Assembly: GCA_002104905.1 (NCBI GenBank)
Contig: MCFE01000138.1
Span: forward strand, 1 to 64,000
DNA length: 64,000 bases
Origin: Basidiobolus meristosporus CBS 931.73
Lineage: Eukaryota > Fungi > Basidiobolomycota
Reading direction: 5' to 3'
The position numbers and the translations under genes are program-made. Positions 60,832 to 64,000 of this stretch are shown in pieces (position 1 is the stretch's first letter; the number at the start of each line of letters is the position of its first letter). The notes beneath the pieces are model-generated. The model ran no database searches. It was not told where the DNA came from and worked only from the letters and a program-made list of their open reading frames with translations.

Positions 60832-62697
60832 CACTAAGTCAGTAGGTTATTTTCTACAGCTTCCCTGGCAGAAAGGTGCTCTATATCTGTTTGCTTAGAT
60901 CTGGCATTGTTGATGGGACTTCTAGCGGATGAAATACAACTTTCATTATCCTTGTGAATGCATGTTGGTTCATAAGAATTAAAACCTAGATCTTTGAATA
61001 GTCTTTGTAGCCATAAAGCCTTGTTGGTTGCTTGAAATCTAGCCATAAATTCAGCTTCAGTTGTAGATAGGGCCACAGTTGGTTGCTTCTTGCAATTCCA
61101 AGTAATAGCTGTACCCACTAAAAGGGTTACATATCCAGTGGTAGAGCATCAGGCAATCAGATTGCTACCCCAATCTGAATTACCATAACCATCAAATTCT
61201 TGCTCATCAGCTGCTTCAGAGTGTTTCAGTTCCATATTTATGGTGCCTTGTAGATATCTGAAATCCGCTTAACTGCTGTAACTTGATCTGATCCATAATT
61301 CTGCATGAATAGACCATCTATTCCAGCTGCCACTGCTATATCTAGACATAAAGATACCATCAGGTATGTCAAGCTACCAGCCATTGATTGATGGGGAAAG
61401 GTTTGGCCCATATTTGAGTCATTTTCTTCTAACACTAGCTGAGATTTGCTTAAATTCAGGTTAATGTCCATAGGGGTAGCTGCAGGTCTGCAATTTTCAT
61501 TTTGCAGCATCTAAGATTGTGCCTGCTGTACTCAGACAGATTCAGCACAATTTTCTGCAAAGGTATGTCCAACCAGGCTACATTTTCAAGAAAAAAGCTC
61601 AATTTTCCAAGATCACTCATCTAAAACTTGCTGAAGAGATCTGACTTTGTCTGCTTAAGTGCCTCCTGATCACTTGAAGGTATTATTAGGTTGTCCACAT
61701 AAAGAACTAGGATGATCACACCCTTTTTGAGCTGTTTCACATATATACTGTGATCTCCAGTGCTACAAGTGAACCCAACTTCCTCTAGATATGTGTTAAT
61801 CTTGTCATACCATGCTCTAGGGGCCTGCTAAAGCCCATACAGTGATTTCCTAAGTTTGCACACCTTATAGGGGCATTTTGAATTGGTAAAACCTTCAGGA
61901 TGCTCCATATCTATAGTTTTGTGTAACTTCCCATCTGGAAAGGCTACTTTGACATTCATTTGGTGTAGATCTACACTGTGTACAGCTGCCAGGGCTAGAA
62001 CTCTCCTAATGGGGTTAGACTTGGCAGCCAGAGCAAATGTTTCCTTAATGTCTAGTCCCTGGATCTGGGAATATCCATTGGCCACCAATCCAGCCTTGTG
62101 CGTATCAACAACACCATCTGAGCTTATCTTGAGCTTGAAGACCTATCTACATCCTATTGGCTTTCTCCCATCTGGTAAATATGCCAGTTTTCACGTTTTT
62201 GCCTTGATGATTCATTGGTACTCCTGCTGCATGGCTTGTTGCCACATAGTATCATTTGGACTTTGCATTGCTTGTTCCAGATTCCAAGATTTGGCACATA
62301 AGGCAAGATAAGCTTCTTCATGATCATTGGATGTTTGCCACCAGGATTCAGTGGCATTTCTAACTCTGGTGTATATCCTAACTGGGATAGTTGGCTCTGA
62401 TCTGGAACTAGTAGAATTATCATCTGTATCTGGCTGAACTTGGTATGTATCTTCTTCATTTGTATTGCTTGTATCATCAGGTAGCAGGCCAATGATTTCA
62501 GTATCTTTCTGATATTAATTTTCCTCAAATACAACATCCCAGCTCTTGATCAGCTTCTGAATTCTGCCATCATACACTCTATACCCTTTAGTATTGTCAC
62601 AATACCCAGAGAAGATCCTTTTTCTACTCTTTGGTTCCAACTTGGAGTGTTTCTTGTCAGCGATGTGATAAAAAACAGCACAGCCAAGGATCTTGAG

Positions 62698-62817
62698 ATG
62701 CTGGAGGTCTGGCTTCTTGCCGGTGTATGCTTTCAAAGGGTGTAGAATCATGTAATGCTGGAGGTCTGGCTTCTTGCCTGTGTATGCTTTCAAAGGGTGT
62801 AGAATCATGTAATGCTG
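62698..62817. repeat. 57-bp tandem duplication inside the copia integrase C-terminal region
   Basis: Two units with one mismatch, translating HYMILHPLKAYTGKKPDLQ twice. Confidence 0.9.
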
Positions 62818-63535
62818 TTGTTGGTCATCAGTTTCTGATGGATACCATAGTAGCAATAGATTCAACCCAAAGCTTATAGTCCATTCCCTTATCATGCTGC
62901 ATAGATATTCCCATTTCTACTATTGCTCTATTTGCACTGTCTGCTACTCCATTTTGCTGTGGAATATGAGAACAGTAATCTGTTGAAGTATACCAGTAGA
63001 TGAGCAGTATTCCCCTCCATTGTCACTTTGTAATACCTTCAGTTTACACCCAGTTTGTATTTCTGCCATGTTCTTGAAGTGCCTTACAGATATTCAATTT
63101 GATCAGAATTGAGTAATTTAGGTCCAAAACAAGCTGATTTTCACCAATTGGCTCATTTTTGTTCCCCATTGTGTCCTGGTCTCCTATGCCATGTCTTCCA
63201 GTTGGTTTCAGCAGATTAAGCAGTGTCAACATATGCAGGTACAATGATCTTGCCTTGTAACTTGTATTTGTTGCAATCTCTGATTTCCAAAGCTAATTTT
63301 TGTCCATTTTCACTCAATATTGAGCAGCTCAGCTTAGTAAAAAAATTGCAGTCCTTGAGCAGTTGCATTACTGACTGAGAGTAGGTTCTTAGCTTTTCCA
63401 GATATGTAGAGTATGTCAGTCAGTTTTGCTGTTGTTGCCCCTGAGCTATTGCTCATATTTAGTTGTATAGACCCACTGGCAGTAACCTCCTGTGCAGAGT
63501 TATCTCCCAGATAAACCTTTCTTACAGGAATAGTC

Positions 63536-63939
63536 TGTACTATCTGGTACTATATTTGAATGTTAGCCCTGAAGTAGAGCCTATACAAAGCACATATGAT
63601 GCCAGAAAGTTCCAGTGGACCAAGATAGTGCCATGCATTTTTGTGATATGTTACAAGCCTGTGCGGCTAGATTCAGAGTGCCATGGGTATTGTGTATCAG
63701 ATGCATATTTTCAGTCAGTCTGTGATTGCTCACATCAGGTACAACGCTGATCTCAAAAAAAAGGTTCAAAAATGGATATCCCCAGCCCAGTTGGTGAAAC
63801 ACAAGGGCTGCTTTGCATGAGGATGAGGGACTGTATTTCCCATTCTATGGCTAATTGATGGTCCACCCAGCCTCCCTGACATACTATGGCACTATTTGGC
63901 ACTTATTGCTCAATGTGGCACTATCCAATGGAACAAGTC
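63536..63939. mobile_element. Foldback element copy 5 (loop plus right arm, TA after the terminus)
   Basis: TACTATCTGGTACTAT..loop..GGACCAAGATAGTGCCATG..GTGGCACTATCCAATGGAACAAGTC|TA. Confidence 0.7.
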
Positions 63940-64000
63940 TAATAACCATGTTGATTGAATATTCTGAGGTGTAAAGATTGTGATGTCAAAAACTAGAAGA

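Larger units (their letters stand above)
60346..63330 (-). mobile_element. Degenerate Ty1/copia element (integrase, RT, RNase H, PPT)
   Basis: KPDLQHLKILGC..KLEPKS..IFSGYC..TKGYRVY; LVANGYSQIQGLD..ETFA..LHQMNVKVAF..LRKSLYGL; AITWNCKKQPTVALSTTEAEF..DNESC..ARSKQTDI..FCPTDKMVVDKLTKPL; PPT TTGAGGGGATA at ~60346-60356. Confidence 0.85.

Noticed and set aside
1-64000. rRNA or tRNA genes
   Set aside because: No recognisable rRNA blocks or cloverleaf seen. The only tRNA-related sequences are the two 11-nt primer-binding sites.

Overview
Eukaryotic genomic DNA, most likely fungal. This is an inference from the short 48-81 nt GT..CTRAY..AG introns, the intron-containing small secreted-protein and kinase genes, and the LTR and DNA transposons; an early-diverging fungus is plausible but unproven. 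There are two compartments. (1) About 0.4-18.3 kb, where CpG is retained. A ~3-kb cassette is tandemly amplified about 4-5 times. It carries minus-strand genes for secreted prepropeptides (signal peptide, acidic pro-region, then a 48-aa cationic core ending GGCDWGC that uses only G/Y/R/W/C/D in two genes and adds L/S in the third). Three copies are intact, one of them a pro/core chimera, and there are many relics. The cassette also carries a convergent plus-strand small secreted 2-Cys protein gene (one intact spliced copy that the ORF track only partly shows, five pseudogenes) and a decayed NRPS-type adenylation-domain relic. A 31-bp minisatellite, an intact 7-exon NEK-like kinase gene and a 405-aa orphan ORF follow. 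(2) About 18.3-64 kb, strongly CpG-depleted repeat terrain: a ~9 kb 34-bp hairpin-containing satellite, ~730-bp foldback elements, a CACTA/EnSpm transposase relic, two very recent intact 4,938-bp Ty3/gypsy elements in divergent orientation with identical LTRs and 4-bp TSDs, an older Ty3 relic, a solo LTR, a copia relic and probable hAT and LINE relics. The best candidate for a new system is the Gly/Tyr/Arg/Trp prepropeptide cluster (antimicrobial peptide or mussel-Mfp3-like adhesive/coacervate) with its paired secreted 2-Cys gene. All alignments were done by eye and no database search was run.
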